DNA of 64,000 nt from Acidobacteriota bacterium (GTDB lineage: Bacteria > Acidobacteriota > Terriglobia > Terriglobales > SCQP01): positions 3,252-67,251 of the forward strand of contig DAIDIE010000041.1 of NCBI GenBank assembly GCA_027459505.1, in the 5' to 3' direction. The position numbers and the translations under genes are program-made. Shown here in pieces: positions 34,199-43,904 of this stretch. The stretch's first letter is position 1, and each line of letters opens with the position of its first letter. The notes under the pieces were generated by a model. The model ran no database searches, was not told the origin of the DNA, and saw only the letters and a list, made by a program, of their open reading frames with translations.

Positions 34199-35227
34199 AT
34201 GATCGCGAAGCGGATGGTCATCAACCGAATGGCCGTCAACCGCAAGCCCTGGAGCCGCGTGTTCTTGAGCGGCAAGCGCGGGCGCGGCTTGCCCGGGCGT
34301 AGCGTGACTGCGCTGCTTTGCGGGCTGCTGGCTTTTGGCGCGTTCAGCGCGGCCGGGTTTGCCGCCGACAAAGGGCCGCTGACGCAGTTGGACAAGTTCA
34401 ACCTGATCCGGGGGCTGGTGGCGGAAGTGGGACTGGCGAAGACCAAGCTGCCGCGGGGCAAGACCGGGGTGATTCTTTCTGCCCAGAACGGACAGGTGCT
34501 GAACCTCAAGAAAGTACGCAAGGAGATTCTCAACGCGCCACCGGCGGCGCAGCCCGGGCAGCGAATCCGTATCACCGCGCTCAAGATCAGCGGTAACGAG
34601 CTGCAGCTCGACATCAACGGGGGGCCGTACCGCCCCAAGTGGTATCACCACCTGCAGGTCGGTATTGGGGGCAACATAAGCGCTCCCGTGACCGATAACA
34701 TCATGAACAGCGGCAGCCAGATCGTGCTGCGCTTTCCCCACGGCATTCCCGCGCACCTCAGCGCGGCCCAGGTGAAACAGGATCTGAAGCCGTTAGTCGA
34801 GTGGAATCTCCACGCCACGGCGCAAATCATTGCCCGCCACCAGCCGCTGATCGTGCGGCACGCCATCAAGTATCACCAGGCGCTGGTGGGCATGGATCGC
34901 GACCTCGTTTTGGCCAGCATGGGGCATCCTTGGGAACGTGATCGCGAGAAGGATAAGAACGGGGTGGCTTACGAAGATTGGATCTACGGACATCACCCCG
35001 GCGATATCACCTTCGTGCGCTTCATTGGCAATCGTGTTGTCCGGATTACCGTGTACAAGCCGACTGGAGGCAAGATCGTGCGGGACAAGCCGGAGATCCG
35101 GGTTGTGGAGCGGGACGGGGCGGAACAGGCGTCCGTGCTGCCCGGGCAAGCGGGAGCGGAGGCGCCCACTGCGGAGCAACAGCAGCGGCCCACGCTGAAG
35201 GGCCTGGGGGGGCGCAGCGAGCCGTGA
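34199..35227 (+). CDS. Hypothetical secreted protein (342 aa)
   Basis: I chose the ATG at 34199 (MIAKRMVINRM...). Signal-like LLCGLLAFGAFSAAGFAADKGPL. The track start 33983 adds a Cys/Trp-rich extension that looks unlikely. Confidence 0.6.
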   Translation: MIAKRMVINRMAVNRKPWSRVFLSGKRGRGLPGRSVTALLCGLLAFGAFSAAGFAADKGPLTQLDKFNLIRGLVAEVGLAKTKLPRGKTGVILSAQNGQVLNLKKVRKEILNAPPAAQPGQRIRITALKISGNELQLDINGGPYRPKWYHHLQVGIGGNISAPVTDNIMNSGSQIVLRFPHGIPAHLSAAQVKQDLKPLVEWNLHATAQIIARHQPLIVRHAIKYHQALVGMDRDLVLASMGHPWERDREKDKNGVAYEDWIYGHHPGDITFVRFIGNRVVRITVYKPTGGKIVRDKPEIRVVERDGAEQASVLPGQAGAEAPTAEQQQRPTLKGLGGRSEP

Positions 35228-35560
35228 ACAGAACAGAGAACACAGAACACAGTTCACAGTTGACAGTTGAAAGTTGACAGTTCACCGTGGGAGGGCCATG
35301 AACGTCGGCGTGGCCGCTCGTGTCGGCGGGTTACGGACATTTGACTTGGGAGCGCCGCTGGTTCCAACCGGTTCACAGTGCGCGGGCCGAGAAAGTTCAC
35401 AGTGCACAGAACACAGTTGACAGTTGACCGTGAGAGGGCCATGAAGGTCGGCGTGGCCGCTTGTTTCGGCCAGTTACGGACGTTTCACTCGGGCGCGCCG
35501 GTCGTCCCCACCTTGCCGTACAGTGAACCGTGAACTGTAAACTGTGCACTGCTATTCCCC
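35226..35560. repeat. Composite repeat: three heptamer tracts separated by two tandem ~120-nt units
   Basis: Heptamers: cacagaa cacagtt cacagtt gacagtt gaaagtt gacagtt. Unit 1 is caccgtgggagggccatgaacgtcggcgtggccgc... and unit 2 is gaccgtgagagggccatgaaggtcggcgtggccgc.... The region ends in gaaccgtgaactgtaaactgtgcactg. Confidence 0.8.
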
Positions 35561-35569
35561 CCACGCCCA

Positions 35570-36043
35570 CTATTGCAGCCGGTAGGCGAGCACGCTCTCT
35601 TTTAAAACGCGCAACAGGGGGCGGGCGGAGTGGGTGAAGAGGGCGGTTTCCACGCGGCAGTGGCGGATCATGCCGCGGCGGTCAATGATCAGGCTGATGC
35701 GCTTGCCGCCATCGCGGTCCCAGGCGAGGTAGCGGCGGGCCACCAGGTGGTCGGGGTCGCAGAGGAATACGAAGGGGAAGTCGTGCAGGATCTGGAAACG
35801 GCGCAGGTCGTCCTGGCGGTTGCCGGCGATGACGACGACTTCGGTGGCGAGTGAGACAAAGCTGTCGTAGTGGCGGAGCAGGTTCCAGAATTGCCAGCGG
35901 GCGCAGAACTGGCGCACGTCGGGGATGAACAGCAGCACCAGGTCGCCGATCTGGCGGAATTCGGCGAGATGGCGGCGGACACCTTCCGCGTCGGGGAGGG
36001 AAAACTCCAAAGCAGGGCCGCCGATGTAAGCCGACCGTTGCAT
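35570..36043 (-). CDS. Thioredoxin-fold redoxin / peroxiredoxin-like protein
   Basis: AhpC/TSA-like layout (FSLPDAEGVRRHLAEF...LVLLFIPDVRQFCARW...VVVIAGNRQDDLRRF...FPFVFLCDPDHLVARRY). Confidence 0.5.
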   Translation of the reverse strand: MQRSAYIGGPALEFSLPDAEGVRRHLAEFRQIGDLVLLFIPDVRQFCARWQFWNLLRHYDSFVSLATEVVVIAGNRQDDLRRFQILHDFPFVFLCDPDHLVARRYLAWDRDGGKRISLIIDRRGMIRHCRVETALFTHSARPLLRVLKESVLAYRLQ

Positions 36044-36118
36044 AAGCTCATTCTACCTTTGTGGCGGCGGGGCGAGCCGTCCTGCCGGTTGTTCCCGCCT
36101 GGCGCCTGACCGACAATA

Positions 36119-36400
36119 GTGGAGATGCTAAACCGAGCCGCCCTCCGATTTCTGTGGACTGCGACCCGCGGGTACCGCCTGCGGCCGTGGCGGAGTCCTT
36201 ACCTCCGCTGGCGTATCGAAACCTTCTCGGGGTTGGATGCGGATCGGATAGGTCCGCGCTTGTTCTTCCGGTTTATGTTTTCGGAGTTGGGGCGGCTGAC
36301 GCATTTCTTAAGCTGGTGCGGGGAGATGGCGTCGGTGCGCAGCGCCAGCCGGCATCCGCATCAGTCGGCCAGCGCCGGACCGGCGGAGCCTTCAACGTGA
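36119..36400 (+). CDS. Small conserved-looking hypothetical protein (93 aa), translationally coupled to the ABC ATPase
   Basis: MEMLNRAALRFLWTATRGYRLRPWRSPYLRWRIETFSG.... Its stop TGA overlaps the GTG of the next gene (GTGA at 36397-36400). Confidence 0.45.
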   Translation: MEMLNRAALRFLWTATRGYRLRPWRSPYLRWRIETFSGLDADRIGPRLFFRFMFSELGRLTHFLSWCGEMASVRSASRHPHQSASAGPAEPST

Positions 36401-37386
36401 GCAGCGCCATCAGCTGCCGGGGGCTGCGCAAGGTCTACCCGGGAGGGCTGGAGGCGGTGCGGGGCCTGGACCTGGAGATCGCTGCCGGCGATTGTTTTGG
36501 GCTTTTGGGGCCCAACGGTGCCGGAAAGACCACGACGATTGAGATTCTGGAAGGTTTGCTGGCGCCCACCGCCGGCGAGGTCTCGATTTTTGGCCGCAAC
36601 TGGCGGCAACACGCCTCGGAAATCCGGCAATGGCTCGGGGTGTCGCTGCAGGAGACGCGTCTTTCCGAGCAGCTTACCGTGCGCGAGACGCTGGCGTTGT
36701 TTGCCAGCTTCTACCGCTTTCCCCGCGATCTGGACGAGGTTTTGAATTCTCTACAGCTACAGGAGAAACGGGATACATTGCTGGGGAAACTCTCCGGTGG
36801 GCAGCGGCAGCGGGTGGCGGTAGCCACCGCCCTGGTGGCGGCGCCGCGCATTCTGTTTCTGGACGAGCCCACGACCGGGCTGGACCCGCAGAGCCGTCGC
36901 CAGCTCTGGCAGGTCATCCGCGAATTCCAGCAGCAAGGGGGAACCGTGCTGCTGACCACCCACTACCTGGACGAGGCGGAGCGGCTCGCGGATCGGATCG
37001 CCATCATGGACCTGGGGCGGATCATTGCCCAGGGAACGCCGCAACAGCTCATCGACAGCCTGCATGGCGAGCATGTGATTGAGTTCACCGTCGCGGGCCA
37101 GCCCTCTGGCACGGTGGACTGGCTCAGCATTGCGGGCGTGAACAGGGCGCAGCAGCGGGAGGGGAACGTACAGCTCCATGCCGCCGCGCCGCACCAGGTG
37201 CTTCCCGAGTTGTTGCGGGTTCTGGAGCGGGCGGGCGGCAGGCTGGAGCGGCTGTCGACGCGGCAGGCCACGCTGGAAGACGTGTTTGTGCAGCTCACCG
37301 GACGACGCCTGCATGAAGAAGGGCAGGATGAAGGCGGTCCGCATGGCGATGGGCAGGAGGAGCGCATCGAGGAGGCGGCCTCGTGA
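36397..37386 (+). CDS. ABC transporter ATP-binding protein (ABC-2 exporter type)
   Basis: Walker A GPNGAGKTT, signature LSGGQRQR and Walker B ILFLDEPTTGLD. I chose the GTG at 36397; the track start 36061 adds 112 non-homologous residues. Confidence 0.85.
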   Translation: MSSAISCRGLRKVYPGGLEAVRGLDLEIAAGDCFGLLGPNGAGKTTTIEILEGLLAPTAGEVSIFGRNWRQHASEIRQWLGVSLQETRLSEQLTVRETLALFASFYRFPRDLDEVLNSLQLQEKRDTLLGKLSGGQRQRVAVATALVAAPRILFLDEPTTGLDPQSRRQLWQVIREFQQQGGTVLLTTHYLDEAERLADRIAIMDLGRIIAQGTPQQLIDSLHGEHVIEFTVAGQPSGTVDWLSIAGVNRAQQREGNVQLHAAAPHQVLPELLRVLERAGGRLERLSTRQATLEDVFVQLTGRRLHEEGQDEGGPHGDGQEERIEEAAS

Positions 37387-38477
37387 GTGCGGCAGCTCCC
37401 CCGCCGTTGGCCGCGCGGCGCGGGCAGCCGTGGTGGGCGGCGTACTGGAACCTGCTTTCCGCGCGCATGAAGGAGATGTTCCGCGAGCGAGAGGTCATCT
37501 TCTGGATTTTTGTCTTTCCATTGCTGCTGGCGGTTGGTCTGGGCGTCGCTTTTCGCAAGCCGCGGCAGGCCACTTCGAAGGTGGCGGTGGTGTCCGGTCC
37601 GGGAGCGGCGCAGGTGCTGCGCGCGCTTGGCGAAGCGGGGGGAGCAAAAGTGGCCGTGAAAAGCGAAGGTCAGGCGCAGGCCATGGCCGGATTGCAGAGC
37701 GGCAACCTCGATCTGGTGGTGATTCCACCCGCGAAGCCGGGCGATGCAATACGGTACTTCTCCGACCCCGAGCGCCCCGAGACCTGGCTGGCGCGCGAGC
37801 GGGTACAACACCTGCTGCAGACAAAAGCGGGGCGAAGGGACGTCATTCCGGTGCGCGACCTGCGCGTAAAGGGAGTGGGATCGCGCTACATCGACTTCCT
37901 CATCCCCGGCTTGCTGGGAATGAACCTGATGAACTCGGGGATGTGGGGAGTGGGTTTCGCGATTGTGGAAATGCGGCAGCGCAAATTGTTGAAGCGCTTC
38001 GCGGCGACTCCCATGCGCCGCAGCGACTTCCTGCTCTCGCTGGTGAGCAGCCGGCTGATTCTGATGGTGATCGATATCGCGCTGCTGCTGGGCTGCGGGG
38101 TTCTGGTGTTTCACATCCAGGTGCGGGGCTCTTTGTGGACCATTGCGTTGGCCGGGATGCTGGGCGCATTTACCTTCGCCGGTTTGGGGCTGTTAACCGC
38201 CAGCCGTGCGCAAAAGATTGAATCGGTGAGCGGGTTGATCAACACGGTCATGATGCCGATGTGGATCTTTTCGGGGGTGTTCTTTTCGTACCAGCGCTTT
38301 CCGGCGGTGTTTTTGCCGCTGATCCGTTTGCTGCCCTTGACGGCGCTCAACGATCTATTACGGGCGGTGATCCTGCAGGGAGCGCCGCTGAGTGCGCAGT
38401 TGGGCCGTATTGCGGTGATGCTTGGGTGGAGCGCGGTGACGTTTCTGCTGGCGCTGCGCTGGTTCCGCTGGCGGTAG
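37383..38477 (+). CDS. ABC-2 family transporter permease
   Basis: 364 aa with six or more hydrophobic segments. It overlaps the ATPase stop by 4 nt. Confidence 0.8.
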   Translation: MSAAAPPPLAARRGQPWWAAYWNLLSARMKEMFREREVIFWIFVFPLLLAVGLGVAFRKPRQATSKVAVVSGPGAAQVLRALGEAGGAKVAVKSEGQAQAMAGLQSGNLDLVVIPPAKPGDAIRYFSDPERPETWLARERVQHLLQTKAGRRDVIPVRDLRVKGVGSRYIDFLIPGLLGMNLMNSGMWGVGFAIVEMRQRKLLKRFAATPMRRSDFLLSLVSSRLILMVIDIALLLGCGVLVFHIQVRGSLWTIALAGMLGAFTFAGLGLLTASRAQKIESVSGLINTVMMPMWIFSGVFFSYQRFPAVFLPLIRLLPLTALNDLLRAVILQGAPLSAQLGRIAVMLGWSAVTFLLALRWFRWR

Positions 38478-38581
38478 TGGCGCGGCCGGTTGCTGGCAAC
38501 GCAGACGCCATGCGCGCCGCAAGATTGCCTGCATCACCTCCCCGACAACTGAAAACCGCGTTGGTAATGGCAGAATGATGC

Positions 38582-39049
38582 ATGCAGACGCAGCAATGGG
38601 TCGAGGGCAATTTCCTGATCACGACTGATCCGCACCGGGTTGATGTGGAGGTGGTGTATGAGTTTCTCTCCAAACAGACTTACTGGGCACGCGATATTCC
38701 CCGCGCGGTGCTGGAAAAGTCGGTGCGGAACGCCCTCTGTTTTTCGATCTGGAGCACGGCGGAAGATGCGGCGGCGCAGGTTGGCTTTGCGCGGGTGATC
38801 TCGGATTTCGCGACCACCGCGTATATCGGAGACGTGTTTGTGCTGCCCTCTTTCCGTGGCCGCGGGCTCAGCAAGTGGCTGATGTCGTGTATCCTGGCCC
38901 ACCCAGAGTTGCAAGGGCTGCGGCGTTGGATTCTGGTTACCAGCGATGCGCACGGGCTTTACAGCCAGTTTGGGTTTAAGCCGCTGGCGCGAGCGCAGAC
39001 GTATATGGAACGGCACGATCCGCAGGTCTACGCAAGGGCAGTCCTTTAG
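38582..39049 (+). CDS. GNAT family N-acetyltransferase
   Basis: GFARVISDFATTAYIGDVFVLPSFRGRGLSKWLMSCIL...GLYSQFGF (motif A, R/Q-x-x-G-x-G/A). Confidence 0.8.
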   Translation: MQTQQWVEGNFLITTDPHRVDVEVVYEFLSKQTYWARDIPRAVLEKSVRNALCFSIWSTAEDAAAQVGFARVISDFATTAYIGDVFVLPSFRGRGLSKWLMSCILAHPELQGLRRWILVTSDAHGLYSQFGFKPLARAQTYMERHDPQVYARAVL

Positions 39050-40098
39050 TCCATCACGCCGGGGCGGGAGAGCATGGTTTCGACCAGGCCGCGCTCGCGG
39101 GCATACGCCAAGGCGTCAACGGCGGCGCCGCGCGCTCCGGCACAGTCGCCATTGGGCATGATGTGGATGGGGATAGAGGCCTGCTCTTCGCGCTGCTGGG
39201 GCATGGCGCCGCGGATCTGCTCGATGAACCAGTGGCGGAAGGCGGGTCCGGTTTCAATTGCGCCGCCGCCAACAATCAGGGCATCGGGGTCAAAGGTGTT
39301 GATCATGATGTCGAAAAACAGGCCCAGCGCCTGCGCCTGGATGCGGAAGATCTCCAGGCACATGGGATCACTTTTTTCCGCCAGTCCGCGGACCAGTTTG
39401 GCGGCGCGGGGCAGGTCATTGAGTTTGGCCAGCTCATGATTGGGGAACTTGCGCAGGAAGTGGGGGAGCAGGGTGTTGAGGATGGCGGTGAGCGAGCAGA
39501 GGGATTCGAGGTCTCCTTCACGACCGCAGTTGCAGACGGGGAGGGCCCCTTCCAGGCCGGCGATGCGCGTATAGGGAATGAGGACGTGGCCCAATTCGGC
39601 GCCGAAACCGCGGCTGCCTTTCACCACGCGATCATCGACAATAATGCCGCCGCCGAGGCCGGTGCCGATAATGGCGGAAACGGAGGTGCTGCCGCTGCTG
39701 GCGCCGAACAAGGAAAAGTGTCCCCACAGAGCGCCGGCATTGCCGTCATTGAGGTATGTCACGGGGAGGCCCAGGCGCCGCTCCAGGGCGGAGCGGACGT
39801 CAAAGCCCGACCAGTCCGTGTGGGCGAAGTTGGTCGAGCCGCGCCGGCTGAAGACGCCTTTTGCGCTGGCCGGCCCCGGCGTATCCAGGCCTACCGCGAC
39901 GACATCGCGAAAGGGCACGCCGGTGCGCTGCAGAGCGATCTGGAGTCCCTCTTCAATCTGGGTCATGCAGACGGAGGGGCCCTCTTTAGCGCGCGCCGGG
40001 TGTTCGCACAGGCCCTGAATGAGGAACTCTTCTTCGGCGCTCACCAGGGTATAGTTCACCGCGGTGCCGCCGAGGTCGATGCCAGCCACGAATTTCAA
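39046..40098 (-). CDS. ROK family sugar kinase
   Basis: N-terminal GIDLGGTAVNY, GLGGGII and the zinc motif PVCNCGREGDLE. Confidence 0.85.
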   Translation of the reverse strand: MKFVAGIDLGGTAVNYTLVSAEEEFLIQGLCEHPARAKEGPSVCMTQIEEGLQIALQRTGVPFRDVVAVGLDTPGPASAKGVFSRRGSTNFAHTDWSGFDVRSALERRLGLPVTYLNDGNAGALWGHFSLFGASSGSTSVSAIIGTGLGGGIIVDDRVVKGSRGFGAELGHVLIPYTRIAGLEGALPVCNCGREGDLESLCSLTAILNTLLPHFLRKFPNHELAKLNDLPRAAKLVRGLAEKSDPMCLEIFRIQAQALGLFFDIMINTFDPDALIVGGGAIETGPAFRHWFIEQIRGAMPQQREEQASIPIHIMPNGDCAGARGAAVDALAYARERGLVETMLSRPGVMD

Positions 40099-40214
40099 GG
40101 GAACTCCTCCAGTACCTGCCCAAAAATCCTATACCGCTCTAATTTAGCAGGATCAATTGAGGCGTGGGGGAGCTGAGCAGGGAGTCACATTGGGAGTGGT
40201 AGTTGGTGCGGGGG

Positions 40215-40247
40215 GAAGTTGTCAGTTGGCAGTTGTCAGTTGTCCGT
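40215..40247 (+). repeat. Heptamer tract (ggaagtt gtcagtt ggcagtt gtcagtt gtccgta)
   Basis: 7-nt periodicity. It shares CAGTTGTCCGTAGG with 48958..48985. Confidence 0.7.
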
Positions 40248-40359
40248 AGGGCATGGTCGTGCTTAGGGGGCGTGCTTTGGCCTGGTTGCGGGCGATTCCG
40301 GGCGGTTCTTTGATCTACCTGAGCGGCGGAGGGGCAGTATCACCTGCTACCATGCGAGG

Positions 40360-41745
40360 GTGAGCCAGGAGCAGCAACCCTCATTCGAGTTTCCGGCCGA
40401 GCGGGCGGTGTGGACGGTATCCGCGCTGCTGGCGCGGCTGAAGAAGGTACTGGAGCAGAACTTTTTCGATGTCTGGATTGAGGGGGAGATCTCGAACCTG
40501 CACCTTTCCGCGGCGCGGCATTACTACTTCACGCTGAAGGACAGCAGCGGGCAGATTCGCGCGGCAATGTTTGCCGGACAGGCGCGCTTTTTAAAGTTCC
40601 GCCTGCAGGACGGCATGCAGGTGGTCGTGCGGGCGCGGCTGAGCGTTTATGAGGCGCGCGGGGAGTTGCAGTGCTACGTGGAGCATTTGGAGCCGCGCGG
40701 CCGCGGCAGTCTGCAGTTGGCCTTTGAACAACTCAAAAAGAAGCTGGAAGCCGAGGGACTGTTTGCCAAAGAGCGGAAGCGGCCCTTGCCACTGTTGCCG
40801 CGGCGCATTGCGCTGATCACTTCGCCGCGCGGAGCGGTGATTGCGGACATGATCCGGGTGCTGCGCCGGCGCTATCCCAACATGAACCTGCTGCTGCTTC
40901 CGGTGCAGGTGCAGGGGCCGCAGGCAGCCGGAGAGATCGTCAGCGCACTGGCCACAGTGCAACGTGAGCTGACCCAGGGAGAAGGGGCGGTGGACGTGGT
41001 AATCGTGGGCCGGGGCGGGGGCAGTCTGGAAGACTTGTGGCCATTCAACGAGGAAGAGGTGGCGCGCGCCATTCTGGCCTGCCCGGTTCCAGTGATTTCG
41101 GCGGTTGGGCATGAAACGGATTTCACCATCGCCGATTTTGTGGCGGACCTGCGCGCTCCGACGCCGAGCGCGGCGGCCGAGTTGGTGGTGCGGCCCAAGC
41201 AGGACATCAGTGACAGCGTTGGGGAGTTGGAGCGCCGGTTGCGCCAGGGATTGCACTTGCGGCTGTTGCGGCGGCGGCAACTGCTGCACGAGATCGCCGC
41301 GCACCGGCCGTTCCGGGCATTGCAGCGGCGGCTGCAGGAGCGCAGCCAGCGCGTCGATGAGCTCAGCTTCCGTCTGCAAAGGGCGGTGCAACTGCGGGTG
41401 CAATCCTATCAGCGGCGCGTCGATATTGCCACTACACGGGTACGGCACCATGACGCGCGGCGCATGCTGGATCTCCTGCGCGGGACACTGCAGGCGCGCC
41501 GCAGCGGACTGGAGACGGCAGTGCGGAATGAGCTGGCGCGGCGCCAACAGCGGCTGGATGCATTGCAGGCGTTGCTGCGCGAGCGCAATCCGCTCAATAT
41601 TCTGCAGCGCGGCTATGCCCTGGTTTACGATGCGCAGGGCAATGTGGTGCGTGCGGCGGAGCAACTTCCGCCCGGCAGTTTGTTGCGGGCGAAGCTGGCC
41701 AGCGGCGCAATCGAAGCGGAAGTCAAGAAGACGGTGGACAGGTGA
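40360..41745 (+). CDS. xseA: Exodeoxyribonuclease VII large subunit
   Basis: OB-fold N-terminus (VWIEGEISNLHLSAARHYYFTLKDSSGQIRAAMF), catalytic core (ITSPRGAVIADMIRVLRRRYP...RGGGSLEDLW) and a long helical tail. Confidence 0.9.
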   Translation: MSQEQQPSFEFPAERAVWTVSALLARLKKVLEQNFFDVWIEGEISNLHLSAARHYYFTLKDSSGQIRAAMFAGQARFLKFRLQDGMQVVVRARLSVYEARGELQCYVEHLEPRGRGSLQLAFEQLKKKLEAEGLFAKERKRPLPLLPRRIALITSPRGAVIADMIRVLRRRYPNMNLLLLPVQVQGPQAAGEIVSALATVQRELTQGEGAVDVVIVGRGGGSLEDLWPFNEEEVARAILACPVPVISAVGHETDFTIADFVADLRAPTPSAAAELVVRPKQDISDSVGELERRLRQGLHLRLLRRRQLLHEIAAHRPFRALQRRLQERSQRVDELSFRLQRAVQLRVQSYQRRVDIATTRVRHHDARRMLDLLRGTLQARRSGLETAVRNELARRQQRLDALQALLRERNPLNILQRGYALVYDAQGNVVRAAEQLPPGSLLRAKLASGAIEAEVKKTVDR

Positions 41746-41914
41746 CAGCGCACCGTTGACCGCGGGTGAGGCCGCGAATGTTGTGGTGCGAAGCCGCGAC
41801 GGACGAGAGGCTTCATGCTTCTTGAAAGCTAATCCATTCTGGGGCAGCAGGCGGCAGGCGCAGGGAATCCAACACGAGAAGCGACACCGCCGGTGTCTTC
41901 CCTGGAGCGTTGAC

Positions 41915-42748
41915 TTGAACGCAGAAAGTCAGCAAACAACCACTAAACGGCTGCTGGTGGTTGATGACGATGTTGCCACCGTCCGTCTGCATGAGGTTGT
42001 GCTGCGGCCCGTAGCCTCAGAGATCGTTACGGCAACCGGTGCAGCAGACGCCCTGCAACTGCTGAGTACGCAGCGTTTTGACGTGTTGGTGACGGATATG
42101 GCCATGGGGAAAGCCAATGATGGGCTAGTTCTGGCCAGTGTGTACCGGCGTCTGCATCCTTCCGGCAGCGTAATTGTGGTAACCGGCTCGGCGGACTTCC
42201 AGGAGGCGCTGCACAGCTTCCAGACCGAGGTGGATGCGGTGATCAGCAAAAATGCGCCAACCGAGATGCTGGTGAAGGCGGTGGCGGAGCAAGTGGTGCG
42301 GGCCGCCGCACCCGGCCGGCTGTCTTTGGCGGAGCTGATTCGCCAGAACAGCGAGCATTTGATCGATCTCTGGGTCGAACGCGTGGAGGCCGACCCCACT
42401 ATTGCGCGAATTGCACTGCCACGGACGGAGCGGATCGATCATATTCCCAAGCTGCTGGAGGCGATCACCTTCCGGATTGAAGAGCGCGGCGATCATCTGG
42501 AATACGAAGCCACCTTGGCGCGCCAGCACGGGGCTCTGCGGCGCCGCCAGGGCTACACGCTCGCAGGACAGGTACGGGAGCCAATCCATCTACGGATGCT
42601 GATCCTGGAACTGGCGCAACAAAACGTGTTTGCGCTGGATTTGAAGGGCTTTTGGAATCAGCTCGTGCTGCTCAACAACGCCCTCGACGACGACATCATG
42701 CATACCATGCAAGGGGCGGCGGAGGAGACGGGCGGAGCGGACAGTTAA
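41915..42748 (+). CDS. Response regulator (receiver domain plus uncharacterised C-terminal domain)
   Basis: KRLLVVDDDVATVRL...FDVLVTDMAMGKANDGL...VIVVTGSADF. TTG at 41915 is proposed as the start; the track ORF from 41105 overlaps xseA out of frame. Confidence 0.7.
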   Translation: MNAESQQTTTKRLLVVDDDVATVRLHEVVLRPVASEIVTATGAADALQLLSTQRFDVLVTDMAMGKANDGLVLASVYRRLHPSGSVIVVTGSADFQEALHSFQTEVDAVISKNAPTEMLVKAVAEQVVRAAAPGRLSLAELIRQNSEHLIDLWVERVEADPTIARIALPRTERIDHIPKLLEAITFRIEERGDHLEYEATLARQHGALRRRQGYTLAGQVREPIHLRMLILELAQQNVFALDLKGFWNQLVLLNNALDDDIMHTMQGAAEETGGADS

Positions 42749-42918
42749 AGGGCGACAGTTGAGCGGAGGACGTAGCTGCGCGTCTGGTGTTGTGTGCGCC
42801 GTTGGCAGCGAGTTGAAGGCGCCTTTACAAGAACTCGCAGTGTAATTGCCGCAGGGAGTGGCGGCGCCACCGATAGCGGAGGACGAGGGGGACGCCTGAG
42901 CGGCCCGCAAGGCGGAAG

Positions 42919-43845
42919 TTAGGCGGCTTCGCTGCCTGGTTGTTGGGTTGGCGACTGTTGCTCCTCGTCATGAGGAGTGTTTTTAAAGGCGGGGCCGTGG
43001 ACCGCCAGGTCCATGGTTGTTGAACCGATGCTGATATCGTCGCGCTGTTGGATATCCGCGAAGATGGCGTTATAGAGAAAGTTTGAGGCATCACGGCGCC
43101 GTTTCGGATCGACGACGTAGCGCATATTGAGCTGCAGCCAGTTGCTGGTGACGCGCAGGTAGACGATTGGCTCCAATTCCAGTTTCTGCACCATGAAATA
43201 GCGCTGCATTTGCTGGAGTTCGCGCTGCGCACCCTGCAGGAATTCACGGGTATATTCGCGGCCAGTCCGCACCAGAATCTCCTGGGCGGCGCGGAGATTG
43301 CTGTTGTAGGTGATGGGCAGGTTGACTTCGTCCCAGATAAACGAGAAGTTGCGGGTGTAGTTGAAGACGGGGTGTCCAAAGACCTCGGCGTTGGCCATCT
43401 GCACGATACGGCCGCTGGCCTGATCGGCGTTGATCCAGGCGCCCACCTCCATCATGCGGGTGTAAAAGAAGCCGATGTCAATGACGTCGCCCTTCATTTT
43501 GTCGATCTCGATGCGGTCACCGACGTCATAGATGTGCCCCACGAAGATGGCAATGCGACCGGCAATGCTGAGCAGCGGTTCTTTCAAAGCGATAGCCACG
43601 CCGGCGGCCATTAAGCCGAGGAAAGTGCTGGTGCGGCGGAGCGGATGCGACCAGAGGGCCAGCAGGACGAGCACGGCGAGGACCACGACCACGGTGCTGA
43701 GCATCTTGCGCCGTCTATAATGTTCCCTTACATCCAGGTGCTGGCTGTCAATGATCTTGCCTCCCAGCGTGAGCAGCAGCCACGCAAGAGCAAGGACGAC
43801 CAGGGTGCCGATTTCGGCAACCGGGTAAGGGAGCAACGAATGCAT
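42919..43845 (-). CDS. Mechanosensitive ion channel (MscS family)
   Basis: TM N-terminus plus the MscS beta-domain block IFVGHIYDVGDRIEIDKMKGDVIDIGFFYTRMMEVG. Confidence 0.85.
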   Translation of the reverse strand: MHSLLPYPVAEIGTLVVLALAWLLLTLGGKIIDSQHLDVREHYRRRKMLSTVVVVLAVLVLLALWSHPLRRTSTFLGLMAAGVAIALKEPLLSIAGRIAIFVGHIYDVGDRIEIDKMKGDVIDIGFFYTRMMEVGAWINADQASGRIVQMANAEVFGHPVFNYTRNFSFIWDEVNLPITYNSNLRAAQEILVRTGREYTREFLQGAQRELQQMQRYFMVQKLELEPIVYLRVTSNWLQLNMRYVVDPKRRRDASNFLYNAIFADIQQRDDISIGSTTMDLAVHGPAFKNTPHDEEQQSPTQQPGSEAA

Positions 43846-43904
43846 AAAGAACTAGGATGCCGGACAGTGATAGGCTCTTTGCCCCCGGGCAGTAGGCGGG
43901 AGCG

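Noticed and set aside
41105-41914. Long N-terminal extension of the response regulator (track ORF 41105..42748)
   Set aside because: It overlaps xseA in another frame and is Cys/Arg/Trp-rich. Receiver-domain homology begins only near 41930.
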